From Prevotella sp. P5-108 (GTDB lineage Bacteria; Bacteroidota; Bacteroidia; Bacteroidales; Bacteroidaceae), in contig CAVDHB010000048.1 in the NCBI GenBank assembly GCA_963608705.1, positions 3,664-67,663 on the forward strand: a stretch of DNA of 64,000 nt. Reading direction: 5' to 3'. Position numbers and translations under genes: made by a program. The notes beneath the pieces are model-generated. The model searched no databases and was not told the DNA's origin. It saw only the letters and a program-made list of their open reading frames with translations. The first letter of the stretch is position 1. Each line of letters opens with the position of its first letter. This document shows positions 55,233 through 64,000 of the stretch, piece after piece.

Positions 55233-55465
55233 TATAAAAAGATGATTATCCGCCATCGTACCACGTTTAGGTAGAGACGCGATTCATCGCGTCTCCGCTT
55301 TTCATAGTGTTTTAATATCTTGCCAATCACAGATACAATTCATCACTGATGAATATGGAGATGCGATGAATGGAGACGCGATGAATCGCGTCTCTACTAG
55401 TTTAGTCGTTATATAGCAACGTGCAAGATAGGATCGTGGTACGATGGCGGATAATCCTATAAAAA
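55233..55465. repeat. Fold-back (MITE-like) element with nested inverted repeats
   Basis: Outer perfect 22-bp IR GATTATCCGCCATCGTACCACG (55244-55265 / 55435-55456). Inner IR palindromes at 55271-55296 and 55372-55397. Central palindrome ATTCATCA-C-TGATGAAT (~55339-55355). TATAAAAA occurs on both flanks (55233-55240, 55458-55465). Confidence 0.8.
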
Positions 55466-55518
55466 CGTCTCCATCCCTTGTTTAGAATGGAGACGTTTAG
55501 AAGTATGTCACTATTTTC

Positions 55519-57147
55519 TTAATCCATGAACAGTCTTACCTTGTCCCAGGCTCCGTCCAGTGTGTCGGGTACGAGGTCGATGGCCTGTCCTTTTTTCAGG
55601 TCTGCCCACTGGGACTCGCTCCAGCGGAAAGGCTTTCCTTTTATATAAGGAGTGCCGAAGACCATCCAGAAAGAGGTCTTTCCTCCGTCCGGGTTCGGCT
55701 TGAATTTCAAGTTTTGCAGCAGGTGGCGCACTTTTTCGGCACTGTACACCTTGGCATCAATAGCTCCGTCGGGTATTGTCTTGAGTAATGGTGTGGTGCC
55801 ATAGCCCAAGTCCCATCTTCCGAAGAGGGAGAGAGGTTCGTCGGGGGCAGTGTAAGTGATGAGGTCTCTGGCGTCAGAAAGCGTCTCCACCTCATCAATG
55901 AGCGCATTGAACTGCACTTTGCGCAAAGGGCGGTTGTCCGTGGACTGGAGGTCTTTGGCTATGTCGTAAGAGGCGGGGTAGTTCACTCCGAAGATGTGCT
56001 CGGAGGTGATAAGCCCTGTGTCGTAGTCTTCAGAGGAGAGTGCGCCTTTCAAGGTGTCGGTCACTTCCAGATGGCCTTTCGCCTTGGAGTAATACCATAC
56101 AAACCGTTTGTAGCTCATCTCCAGCAGTCCCATCTCTCCTGTGTCGGCATCGGCCACGGCATATCCGTTGAGGAAAGTGCCTGTGTTGTCAAGCTGTAAA
56201 AGGTGGCTGAAATCTTCCACGCTCTCAGCGTAGAGTTCGGCCAAGGTTGCCCGCCAACTGGTCCACAGCCCCTTGGTCTTTGGCTCGCAGAGTCCGTAGC
56301 GGTGCGTGGTTTCATTAAAAAGAATGCCGTGTCCGTTGAATCCGTAGTCCGTGAGGCTGGCCAGTTCGCCTTGGCATCCGCAGTTCTCTGACACGAAGTC
56401 TTCGCCTACGACCACGTTCATCGTGTGCGTTTGTGAGAGGAATCCGAGCCAGGTGTTATGGGTGAAAAGGATATTGCCGTCTTCTGTCCGTTTCACGAAA
56501 GCGGAGCAGTGGTCTCGCTGACTTTCCTTGAATGCGTCAGTGTTTCCCAGCGTGTCGAACACATCGAAGGCGGTATTGATTAGGTAGAGGTCGTAGAATG
56601 TCAGTGCGTCCAGTCCGTATCCTGTGCTTGCGGTCAGTCTTTCTGGGTTCAGTTCGGAGAAGTCCGCCTCTGTGGAGGGAGCCGCTTTGCGGGTGGAGTC
56701 GAACACGCCCCAAAGGCGCATGAACACCCGTTGCAGCAGGGTGGCTTCTCTTTGTCCCTCATGCTTCTCTATCCAATGGTAAGTATAGGTGAAGTTCTCC
56801 TTCATGCAGCGTGCCGCTCTGTCCAGCTCTTCTTGGGAGGGGTCGAAATTCCGGGGGAAACGTTTGTCGGGTTCCGACACGTCGCAAAGATGGAAGTTGT
56901 TCCATGTATTGTTTCGGGAGGCTTTTAGTTGCAGTTCCCCTTGCAGTTTACCCTGCACGAACCCCGCCATGTACTCTTTCTGGAGGGTGGACAATGCGGG
57001 GGCACGGGAGATGATGGTGTAATTCCAGCAGTTGTTTCTGAGTTCCGCATAGCCGAGCGTATCCTTGTTGAGGGCGTATTCCGTGTATTGGTCGGGCAGT
57101 GCGTCGGGGGCGGCCTTGTGGAACGGTGTTTTGATGAGTTTTTCCAT
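55519..57147 (-). CDS. Phospholipase B-like (PLBD/LAMA family, Ntn-hydrolase) protein
   Basis: DHCSAFVKRTEDGNILFTHNTW resembles the autoprocessing Cys site (..CSALIK...HNTW) of phospholipase B-like proteins. About 540 aa, as in that family. Confidence 0.55.
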   Translation of the reverse strand: MEKLIKTPFHKAAPDALPDQYTEYALNKDTLGYAELRNNCWNYTIISRAPALSTLQKEYMAGFVQGKLQGELQLKASRNNTWNNFHLCDVSEPDKRFPRNFDPSQEELDRAARCMKENFTYTYHWIEKHEGQREATLLQRVFMRLWGVFDSTRKAAPSTEADFSELNPERLTASTGYGLDALTFYDLYLINTAFDVFDTLGNTDAFKESQRDHCSAFVKRTEDGNILFTHNTWLGFLSQTHTMNVVVGEDFVSENCGCQGELASLTDYGFNGHGILFNETTHRYGLCEPKTKGLWTSWRATLAELYAESVEDFSHLLQLDNTGTFLNGYAVADADTGEMGLLEMSYKRFVWYYSKAKGHLEVTDTLKGALSSEDYDTGLITSEHIFGVNYPASYDIAKDLQSTDNRPLRKVQFNALIDEVETLSDARDLITYTAPDEPLSLFGRWDLGYGTTPLLKTIPDGAIDAKVYSAEKVRHLLQNLKFKPNPDGGKTSFWMVFGTPYIKGKPFRWSESQWADLKKGQAIDLVPDTLDGAWDKVRLFMD

Positions 57148-57159
57148 GGCGTGTGGTGT

Positions 57160-57909
57160 TTATTGTTCTTCTCCGTTCCAGAAACGCCAGGAGGCAAAAG
57201 CCTGCAAAAGCAGCATTTCCAGCCCGTTCTTGGTCTTGGCGCCGTGTTCAGCTCCTTTTTGCAGGAAGAGTGGCGTGTCGGGGTTGTAAATCAAATCATA
57301 GAGAAGGTGTTTGGAGGTCAATGCCTCATAGGGGAGGTCAGGGCATTCATCCACGTGTGGATACATCCCTACCGGTGTGCAGTTCACTATGACAGTGTAT
57401 TCTTTCAGAAGCGCGGGAGTGATATCCTTGTAGGTAATCATGCCCGGATGTGCGGAACGGCTCACGTTCAGTGTCTCGATACCGAGCTTCTTCAGTCCAT
57501 ATATAATAGCTTTGGAGGCGCCGCCTGTACCCAGTACGAGTGCTTTCGTGTGTTGCGCCTCTAACAGGGGCTGGATGGAGTCCGTGAAACCGATGACATC
57601 CGAGTTGAATCCTTTGAGCAGAGTCTTGCTCCCTTGGTGTGTGACCCGTATCACATTGACAGCTCCGATGTTCTTGGCATCCTCGCTCAGGGAGTCAAGG
57701 TAAGGGATGACCGCTTCCTTGTAAGGGATAGTGACATTCAGCCCTCTCAGATTAGGATATTTCGCCACCGTGGCGGGAAAGTCCTTGATGGTGGGTATTT
57801 CAAAGTTGAGGTATTCCGCATGCACGTTCTCGTCATGGAACCGTTGGTTGAAATAGTTCTTCGAGAAGGAATGTCCGAGCGGGAAACCTATCAGTCCGTA
57901 GATGTCCAT
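57160..57909 (-). CDS. aroE: Shikimate dehydrogenase
   Basis: YGLIGFPLGHSFSKNYFN, GLNVTIPYKEAV, VLGTGGASKAI. Confidence 0.9.
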   Translation of the reverse strand: MDIYGLIGFPLGHSFSKNYFNQRFHDENVHAEYLNFEIPTIKDFPATVAKYPNLRGLNVTIPYKEAVIPYLDSLSEDAKNIGAVNVIRVTHQGSKTLLKGFNSDVIGFTDSIQPLLEAQHTKALVLGTGGASKAIIYGLKKLGIETLNVSRSAHPGMITYKDITPALLKEYTVIVNCTPVGMYPHVDECPDLPYEALTSKHLLYDLIYNPDTPLFLQKGAEHGAKTKNGLEMLLLQAFASWRFWNGEEQ

Positions 57910-57934
57910 AGTAGATTGGTTGTGTGTAAAAGTA

Positions 57935-58669
57935 TTATTTCACGGCGGTGTACAGGGTGCAGATGCCTCCTGTGAGCCGTTTGAAACGTGCGTCTGAGAA
58001 ACCGGCCTTCTTCAATATTCCCTGCATGACTTCGCCTTGGGGGAAAGCCGCCATCGTGGCGGGTAGATAAGAATAGGCTTTGGAGTCCTTGGAGATGATT
58101 TTGCCGACAAGTGGCATGACGACTTTGGCGTAGAGTGCGAACAGTTGTTTCATGGGGAAGCGTACAGGTGTGCACAGTTCGAGAATGACCAGTTTGCCTC
58201 CCGGTCGAAGCACCCTGCATAATTCGGAGAGTCCCCGGTCGAGGTCGGGGAAGTTCCGTGCGCCGAAAGCCACGGTTGCCGCGTCGAACGTGTGGTCTGC
58301 GAAAGTGAGCTTCATGCAGTCTTCCCTGCGGAAAGACACTTGTGCGTCCAGTCCCTCTTTTTCCACTTTCTGACGGGCGATACGCATCATCCCTTCCGAT
58401 ATGTCCGCGCCAATCACCTGTGCGGGATGTAGCTTGCGGCAGATATAGAGGGCGAAATCCCCTGTGCCGGTGGCCATGTCGAGGACGTGTGCCGGTTGAT
58501 AGGGCCTTAGCCAGTCTATCGCCTTCCTGCGCCAGCTCTTGTCAATGCCGAAGGAGAGCAGGTGGTTCAGCAAGTCGTATTTCGGAGCGATGTGGTCGAA
58601 CATCTTTTCCACTTGTTCCCCCTTGCTGCCATTTTCGGAGTAAGGCTTGATTTTCTCTTGGGCGTACAT
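57935..58669 (-). CDS. ubiE: Demethylmenaquinone methyltransferase
   Basis: [26 protein letters not shown] and the SAM motif [12 protein letters not shown]. Confidence 0.9.
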   Translation of the reverse strand: MYAQEKIKPYSENGSKGEQVEKMFDHIAPKYDLLNHLLSFGIDKSWRRKAIDWLRPYQPAHVLDMATGTGDFALYICRKLHPAQVIGADISEGMMRIARQKVEKEGLDAQVSFRREDCMKLTFADHTFDAATVAFGARNFPDLDRGLSELCRVLRPGGKLVILELCTPVRFPMKQLFALYAKVVMPLVGKIISKDSKAYSYLPATMAAFPQGEVMQGILKKAGFSDARFKRLTGGICTLYTAVK

Positions 58670-58681
58670 TGAATATGAGTT

Positions 58682-58743
58682 ATTAGTGTTTAGTGTTTAG
58701 CGTTTAATTGACTAATAATTAAACACTAAACACTAACAACTAA
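58682..58743. repeat. Long hairpin built from TAGTGTT heptamer repeats between purC and ubiE
   Basis: TTAGTGTTTAGTGTTTAGCGTTTAATT - loop - AATTAAACACTAAACACTAACAACTAA, a ~27-bp imperfect stem. Confidence 0.75.
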
Positions 58744-58758
58744 ACATTATATAAAGTC

Positions 58759-59709
58759 TTATTTGCGTGAGTTGAGGTATTCCGTCACGTTCTTTTCGAT
58801 ACGAGCGGCGATGTCGCCTTCTTCCGTGGCCTTGTTGAACTTCTCACCCACGATGTCCTCGTACAGTTCGACATAGCGGTTAGTGATGCTTTCGATGAAC
58901 TCTTCGGACATTTCCGGCACTTGCTGTCCTTTCTGTCCCATGAAGTCATGCTGGATAAGCCACTGGCGCACGAACTCCTTGGAGAGTTGTTTCTGCGGTT
59001 CGCCTTTCTCGAACTTCTCTTCGTATCCGTCTGCGATGAAGTAGCGGCTGGAGTCGGGAGTGTGGATCTCGTCGATGAGATACACCTTGCCGTCTCTCTT
59101 ACCGAACTCATACTTCGTGTCCACGAGGATAAGTCCTTTCTCAGCAGCCATTTTCTGTCCGCGCTCGAAGAGCTGTGCGGTGTATTTCTCCATGATTTCG
59201 TAGTCTTCCTTGTCTACGATGCCCTGTTTGATAATCTCTTCCTTGGAGATGTTCTCGTCGTGTCCGCTATCAGCCTTGGTGGTCGGAGTGATGATAGGAT
59301 GCGGGAAACGCTGGTTCTCCTTCATGCCGTCCGGCAGTTTCACGCCACACAGTTCGCGGCAGCCTTTCTGATATTCTCTCCATGCGGAGCCGGTCAGAAT
59401 GCCGCGGATAATCATCTCCACACGGAAGCCCTCGCATTTCAGACCTACAGTGACCATGGGGTCCGGAGTGGCGAGTTTCCAGTTCGGGCAGATGTCGGCG
59501 GTAGCGTCAAGGAACTTGGCCGCGATTTGGTTCAGCACCTGTCCCTTGAAAGGAATGCCTTTGGGCAGCACCACGTCAAATGCGGAGATACGGTCGGTGG
59601 CCACCATGACCATCAAATCGTCATTGATGTTGTACACGTCGCGCACTTTTCCGTGGTACACGCTTTTCTGACCCGGAAAATGGAAATCGGTTTTAGTTAA
59701 TGCCTTCAT
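58759..59709 (-). CDS. purC: Phosphoribosylaminoimidazole-succinocarboxamide synthase
   Basis: [25 protein letters not shown]. Confidence 0.9.
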   Translation of the reverse strand: MKALTKTDFHFPGQKSVYHGKVRDVYNINDDLMVMVATDRISAFDVVLPKGIPFKGQVLNQIAAKFLDATADICPNWKLATPDPMVTVGLKCEGFRVEMIIRGILTGSAWREYQKGCRELCGVKLPDGMKENQRFPHPIITPTTKADSGHDENISKEEIIKQGIVDKEDYEIMEKYTAQLFERGQKMAAEKGLILVDTKYEFGKRDGKVYLIDEIHTPDSSRYFIADGYEEKFEKGEPQKQLSKEFVRQWLIQHDFMGQKGQQVPEMSEEFIESITNRYVELYEDIVGEKFNKATEEGDIAARIEKNVTEYLNSRK

Positions 59710-60677
59710 TGTTCTTGTATTTTAGTGTTAGAATTTTTCGTTTGTTTCTCGGCTTTCTCGTAGGCTTCCACAATGCGGGTCACTAATTTGTGCCGCACGA
59801 TGTCTTTCTTGTTCATGGTGATGAACGAGATGCCCTTCACGTTCTTCAGGATACGGAGCGCTTCCACCAGCCCTGAGTGTTGGGAGGCGGGAAGGTCTAT
59901 CTGGGTCATGTCGCCTGTGATGATGAACTTGGCGTTGCGTCCCATGCGGGTGATGAACATCTTGAGTTGTGCCGTGGTGGTGTTCTGTGCCTCGTCAAGT
60001 ATGACGACGGCGTCGGAGAGCGTTCGTCCTCTCATGAATGCCAGAGGGGCGATCTGGATGGTTTTCGCGTCCATGTATTCTTGCAGCTTTCCGGAGGGAA
60101 TCATGTCCTCCAAAGCGTCATAAAGCGGCTGTAGATAAGGGTCGATTTTCTCTTTCATGTCTCCCGGAAGGAATCCCAGTTTCTCTCCGGCCTCTACAGC
60201 CGGACGGCTCAGGATGATTTTCCTTACCTGTTTGTCTTTCAGAGCTTTCACGGCCAATGCGATGGCGGTGTAGGTCTTTCCCGAACCGGCAGGTCCTGTG
60301 GCGAACATCATGTCGTTCTTGGCGAAGCTTTCCACCATCTTCTGCTGGTTTTCGCTGCGGGCCGTGATGGGTCTTCCCTGCACGCTGTACACGATGACGC
60401 TGCCTGGCTGTTCTTCGACCTTGCGGTGGCCCTTCACGATGTCGAGCACATCCTCTTCAGTCAGTTTGTTGAATTTCAAACATTGCTTCTCCAGTGTGCC
60501 GATAGTCTCCTCGAAGGCGCATATTTCCTCCTCGTCGCCCATCACCTTCAGTACGTTTCCTCTTCCGATAATCCGTAGTTTGGGATACAAGGCTGTGATT
60601 ATTTGGAAATTAGAATTGTTCACTCCGTAAAAGACCACGGGGTCTGCGTCCTCTAAAACAATATGCTTCTCTATCAT
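59706..60677 (-). CDS. phoH: PhoH-family ATPase
   Basis: [19 protein letters not shown]-loop, [19 protein letters not shown]. Start chosen at MIEKHIV. Confidence 0.9.
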   Translation of the reverse strand: MIEKHIVLEDADPVVFYGVNNSNFQIITALYPKLRIIGRGNVLKVMGDEEEICAFEETIGTLEKQCLKFNKLTEEDVLDIVKGHRKVEEQPGSVIVYSVQGRPITARSENQQKMVESFAKNDMMFATGPAGSGKTYTAIALAVKALKDKQVRKIILSRPAVEAGEKLGFLPGDMKEKIDPYLQPLYDALEDMIPSGKLQEYMDAKTIQIAPLAFMRGRTLSDAVVILDEAQNTTTAQLKMFITRMGRNAKFIITGDMTQIDLPASQHSGLVEALRILKNVKGISFITMNKKDIVRHKLVTRIVEAYEKAEKQTKNSNTKIQEQ

Positions 60678-60887
60678 GCACGTTTCTTTTTTGCAAAAGT
60701 ACGCTTTTTTGAGCATATATGACGACTTTGGCGGGAGTTTTTTCGCAAGCCTGTTTTTTCGCTTTTACAGAAAGCCGTCTTGTCGTGCGGTTATAAAAAG
60801 AATATCAGTGTCCAGTATCTGTCTCCTTATAATATTAGACAACCGAATACTGAACACTGACCATTTGAAAATACCTTTGTTCCTGTC

Positions 60888-61202
60888 TTAATCCATGTGG
60901 AACATTTCCGGCAGCGGGATGGTTACAGGCGAGTTGTCGGGATTCACCTCCATGATGTCAGCCATATAGTCCCACCATTTCTGTACCACGGGATTGTCGC
61001 CCATGTCTTGTGAGGACCCTTCTCCGTTCACTTTCTGCACGGCGAAGAGGATGTTGGTGTCTTTGTCCCAATAAATGGAATAGTCGTAGACACCTCCGTC
61101 TGAAATCATCTTCTTCAGTTCAGGCCATATTTCGGAATGCCGTTTCTGGTACTCTTTCTCGAAACCGGGTTTCAAGAACATCTTGAATGCTTCTCGTCTC
61201 AT
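60888..61202 (-). CDS. rhaM: L-rhamnose mutarotase
   Basis: 104 aa. KMFLKPGFEKEYQKRHSEIWPEL...YSIYWDKDTNILFAV. Confidence 0.85.
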   Translation of the reverse strand: MRREAFKMFLKPGFEKEYQKRHSEIWPELKKMISDGGVYDYSIYWDKDTNILFAVQKVNGEGSSQDMGDNPVVQKWWDYMADIMEVNPDNSPVTIPLPEMFHMD

Positions 61203-61406
61203 AGTTACTTCTTGTTTTTAGTGATTATAAGTTTTTACAATGGCAAATATACGCCATTTTTCTTACAAGGCGTATCTTGTAAGGTGTTCTTGTAATACAA
61301 TTGTCAAAAATCACAGGTGGAATGCCAAAAAACACAAGCCTCCCTCGCTTTTACCCGCTATCTTTGCAGCATAAAACAAAATTACCTCATTACCTAAAGA
61401 ACGAAA

Positions 61407-62891
61407 ATGAAACAAATACAATTCTTCGCCGTAGATTTGGGCGCCACCAGCGGACGTACAATTCTGGGCACTTTTAAAGACGGTAAAATCACCTATGAGG
61501 AACTTACTCGTTTCCCCAATCATATCATTCATGCCGCAGGACACTGCTTCTGGGATATTTTCTCCCTTTACCGTGAGATTGTGAAAGGTCTGAAAGTGGT
61601 GGCTGAGCGGAAGATTCAGATTGCTTCCATTGGTATTGATACCTGGGGTGTGGACTTCGTGTTCTGGGGAAAGGACGGAGGAATTCTCCGTCAGTCTTAT
61701 TGCTATCGCGATCAAATGACGGTGAACGCGCCTCAGGAATACTTCAAAGAGCATTCGAAAGAGGATTTATATAAGATTACGGGCATACAAGTGCTCAACT
61801 TCAATTCCCTCTATCAGCTTTACACGTTGCATAACAACGGCTGCTCCGCATTGGAGGCCGCTCACAAAATACTTTTCGTGCCGGATGCCTTGGCCTATTT
61901 GCTGACGGGCGAAAGTGTGACGGAATATACCATAGCGTCCACTTCGCAGATGTTGGATGCGATAACCCGTAAGTTTTCTCCTGAAATATTAGCGTCCGTG
62001 GGCGTGAAAGAAGAACAATTCGGACGCTATGTGCAGCCTGGAGAGCAAATCGGCGTGCTCAGCAAGGAAGTACAGGAGCTGACGCACCTCGGCCCTGTGC
62101 CGGTGATTGCCGTGGCGGAGCATGATACTGGATCTGCTGTGGCCGCCGTACCGGCCAAGGGTGAGCATTTCGCTTACCTGAGTTCTGGCACGTGGAGCTT
62201 GATGGGAATCGAGGTGAAAGAACCGATTATTACGGAAGAAAGCTATAAGCGCAACTTCACGAACGAGGGCGGTGTGGAAGGAACCATCCGCTTCTTGAAG
62301 AACATTTGCGGCATGTGGCTGCTGGAGAGCTGCCGCCGGGAATGGAGCGACCAGGGAAATGATTACGCATACCCTGAGCTGATTGACTCGGCGATGAAGG
62401 TGGAAGCTTTCCGCAGTTTGATTAACCCGGACGCGCCGTGTTTCGCAAACCCTTCTTCCATGATCAGGGCTATCCAGGACTACTGCAAGGTAACGGCACA
62501 GCCTGTGCCGGAAACCTACGGAGAGCTGACACGCTGTATCTTCGACAGCCTTGCGCTCCGCTACAAGCAGGTGTTCGGCTATTTGAAGGAAATGGCGCCG
62601 TTCCCCATCGAGACGTTGCACGTCATCGGAGGCGGCTCCCGCAACAAGTACTTGAACCAATTCACCAGCAATGCGGTTGGTGTGCCGGTAGTGGCAGGCC
62701 CGGACGAGGGTACAGCCTTCGGTAACATCCTGTTGCAGGCCAAGGCCGCAGGCTTGGTACAGAACTTGGAGGATATGCGGACCGTGGCTCGTAACTCTGT
62801 GAAAACAGACCGCTATGAGCCGAAGGACCAAGAAATCTGGAACAAGGCTTACGAAAAATACCTCTCTGTCTTCGACGAGGGTATCTTCTGA
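61407..62891 (+). CDS. rhaB: Rhamnulokinase (FGGY family)
   Basis: FFAVDLGATSGR, GIDTWGVDF, HVIGGGSRNKYLNQ. Confidence 0.9.
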   Translation: MKQIQFFAVDLGATSGRTILGTFKDGKITYEELTRFPNHIIHAAGHCFWDIFSLYREIVKGLKVVAERKIQIASIGIDTWGVDFVFWGKDGGILRQSYCYRDQMTVNAPQEYFKEHSKEDLYKITGIQVLNFNSLYQLYTLHNNGCSALEAAHKILFVPDALAYLLTGESVTEYTIASTSQMLDAITRKFSPEILASVGVKEEQFGRYVQPGEQIGVLSKEVQELTHLGPVPVIAVAEHDTGSAVAAVPAKGEHFAYLSSGTWSLMGIEVKEPIITEESYKRNFTNEGGVEGTIRFLKNICGMWLLESCRREWSDQGNDYAYPELIDSAMKVEAFRSLINPDAPCFANPSSMIRAIQDYCKVTAQPVPETYGELTRCIFDSLALRYKQVFGYLKEMAPFPIETLHVIGGGSRNKYLNQFTSNAVGVPVVAGPDEGTAFGNILLQAKAAGLVQNLEDMRTVARNSVKTDRYEPKDQEIWNKAYEKYLSVFDEGIF

Positions 62892-62936
62892 TGAGAATAA
62901 ATCAACTAACAAAATAACTTATAAAACTTCTAAGAA

Positions 62937-64000
62937 ATGAACGCATCATTGATTGAAAAGGCTTACGCTATCGCGAAAGAACGTTATGCTGCTATCGGTA
63001 TCGATACCGATGCCGCTATGGAGAAATTGCAGAACATCCCTTTGTCCCTGCACTGCTGGCAGGCAGACGACGTGACTGGTTTCGAGTCCAACGCCTCTCT
63101 GACGGGAGGTATCCAGGCGACTGGTAACTATCCTGGAAAGGCTCGCAACATCGACGAGTTGCGTCAGGATGTGTTGGAGGCCGCTTCTCTTATACCGGGT
63201 AAGCACCGTTTGAACCTCCACGCTACCTACGGCGACTTCGGCGGTAAGTTCGTGGACAGAGACCAGATAGAGCCTAAATATTTCCAGAGCTGGATGGAGT
63301 GGGGAAAAGAACACGACATCAAGTTGGACTTCAACTCTACTTCCTTCTCTCATCCCAAGAGTGGCACCTTGTCTTTGTCAAACCCGGACAAGAGCATCCG
63401 TGATTTCTGGATTGAGCATACAAAGCGTTGCCGTTGGATTGCCGACGAGATGGGCAAGTACCAGAATGACCCGTGTATCATGAACTTGTGGATTCATGAC
63501 GGAAGCAAAGACATCACGGTAAACCGCATGAAATACCGTGAGATATTGAAGAACTCCCTGGACGAAATCTTCGCCAAAGACTACACTCACATGAAAGACT
63601 GTGTGGAGGCTAAATTCTTTGGCATTGGACTGGAAAGCTATACCGTGGGTTCTCAGGACTTCTACGAGTCTTATGCTGTGTCTCGTCAGAAGATTTTCAC
63701 CTTGGACGCAGGTCACTATCATCCTTACGAGAGTGTGGCAGACAAGATTTCCTCCATGCTTCTCTTCACCCCGGAGGTGATGCTGCACGTGAGCCGTCCG
63801 GTATTCTGGGACAGCGACCATATCGTTATTATGGACGACGGTACGCTGGACATCGCCAAGGAAGTGGTACGTTGCAATGCGTTGGATCGTGTACACGTGG
63901 GACTGGACTTCTTCGACGCTTCAGTGAACCGTATCGGCGCCTACGTAGTGGGAAGCCGCGCCACACAGAAGAGCTTCTTGCAGGCATTGCTCGAACCGCT
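62937..64000 (+). CDS. rhaA: L-rhamnose isomerase (3' end outside window)
   Basis: Not in the ORF track because there is no stop in the window. ATG 62937 opens a frame reading MNASLIEKAYAIAKERYAAIGIDTDAAMEKLQNIPLSLHCWQADDVTGFE, which is the RhaA N-terminus. Confidence 0.85.
   Translation, partial: MNASLIEKAYAIAKERYAAIGIDTDAAMEKLQNIPLSLHCWQADDVTGFESNASLTGGIQATGNYPGKARNIDELRQDVLEAASLIPGKHRLNLHATYGDFGGKFVDRDQIEPKYFQSWMEWGKEHDIKLDFNSTSFSHPKSGTLSLSNPDKSIRDFWIEHTKRCRWIADEMGKYQNDPCIMNLWIHDGSKDITVNRMKYREILKNSLDEIFAKDYTHMKDCVEAKFFGIGLESYTVGSQDFYESYAVSRQKIFTLDAGHYHPYESVADKISSMLLFTPEVMLHVSRPVFWDSDHIVIMDDGTLDIAKEVVRCNALDRVHVGLDFFDASVNRIGAYVVGSRATQKSFLQALLEP

Noticed and set aside
55244-55456. Whether the fold-back element is an invertible promoter for the kinase/AraC operon.
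   Set aside because: There is no TAnnTTTG box on either strand inside the element. A well-formed fixed promoter (TTTG-19 nt-TATATTTG) sits outside it at 55184-55214. The MITE-like interpretation is preferred.
1-64000. Scan for CRISPR arrays, tRNA/rRNA genes, integrase or recombinase genes and intact transposases.
   Set aside because: I saw no repeat-spacer periodicity, no tRNA-like T-arm or acceptor patterns, and no ORF with integrase or transposase catalytic signatures apart from the IS66 stub. A tRNAscan/Infernal run would be needed to be certain about small RNAs.

Overview
Bacteroidales (Bacteroides/Phocaeicola-like) chromosomal window, judged from gene content: a UpxY-type NusG paralog, TAnnTTTG promoter boxes, a GH57/GT4/debranching-enzyme glycogen cluster and rhamnose genes. 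Housekeeping and glycan-utilisation flanks bracket a ~25 kb single-strand capsular-polysaccharide (CPS) operon at 8.26-33.4 kb. The left flank (1-7.5 kb) holds a GH2 beta-mannosidase and cutC. The right flank (37.8-64 kb) holds sdaA, the glycogen cluster, miaA, purL, a NahK-like kinase, aroE, ubiE, purC, phoH and rhaM/rhaB/rhaA. The operon is preceded by what looks like a ~180 bp invertible promoter, with recombinase-type inverted sites at 7794-7822 and 7972-8000. The only TAnnTTTG box inside that segment currently points away from the operon, which would be the OFF state. The operon opens with an abnormally long (687 aa) UpxY-like antiterminator. At least three AT-rich, non-glycan, defence-like cargo modules are spliced co-directionally between glycan genes: (1) a small ORF plus an RNxxxH (HEPN-like) protein at 14244-15922; (2) a DUF262/DUF1524 GmrSD-like gene at 18802-20535 that splits a FrhB-like/pyruvyltransferase pair; (3) a DUF4747-like protein plus a 4-TM protein at 26960-28380, my best candidate for an undescribed system. 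PIN toxin-antitoxin pairs, an IS66 stub, a truncated GNAT-TA stub and an SF2 helicase-WG-repeat fusion sit at the locus edges. The window also contains two unrelated arrays of 22-bp-phased palindromic tandem repeats and a dispersed fold-back (MITE-like) repeat family. No rRNA, tRNA or CRISPR array was recognised. All family names come from reading the translated ORFs by eye; no searches were run.
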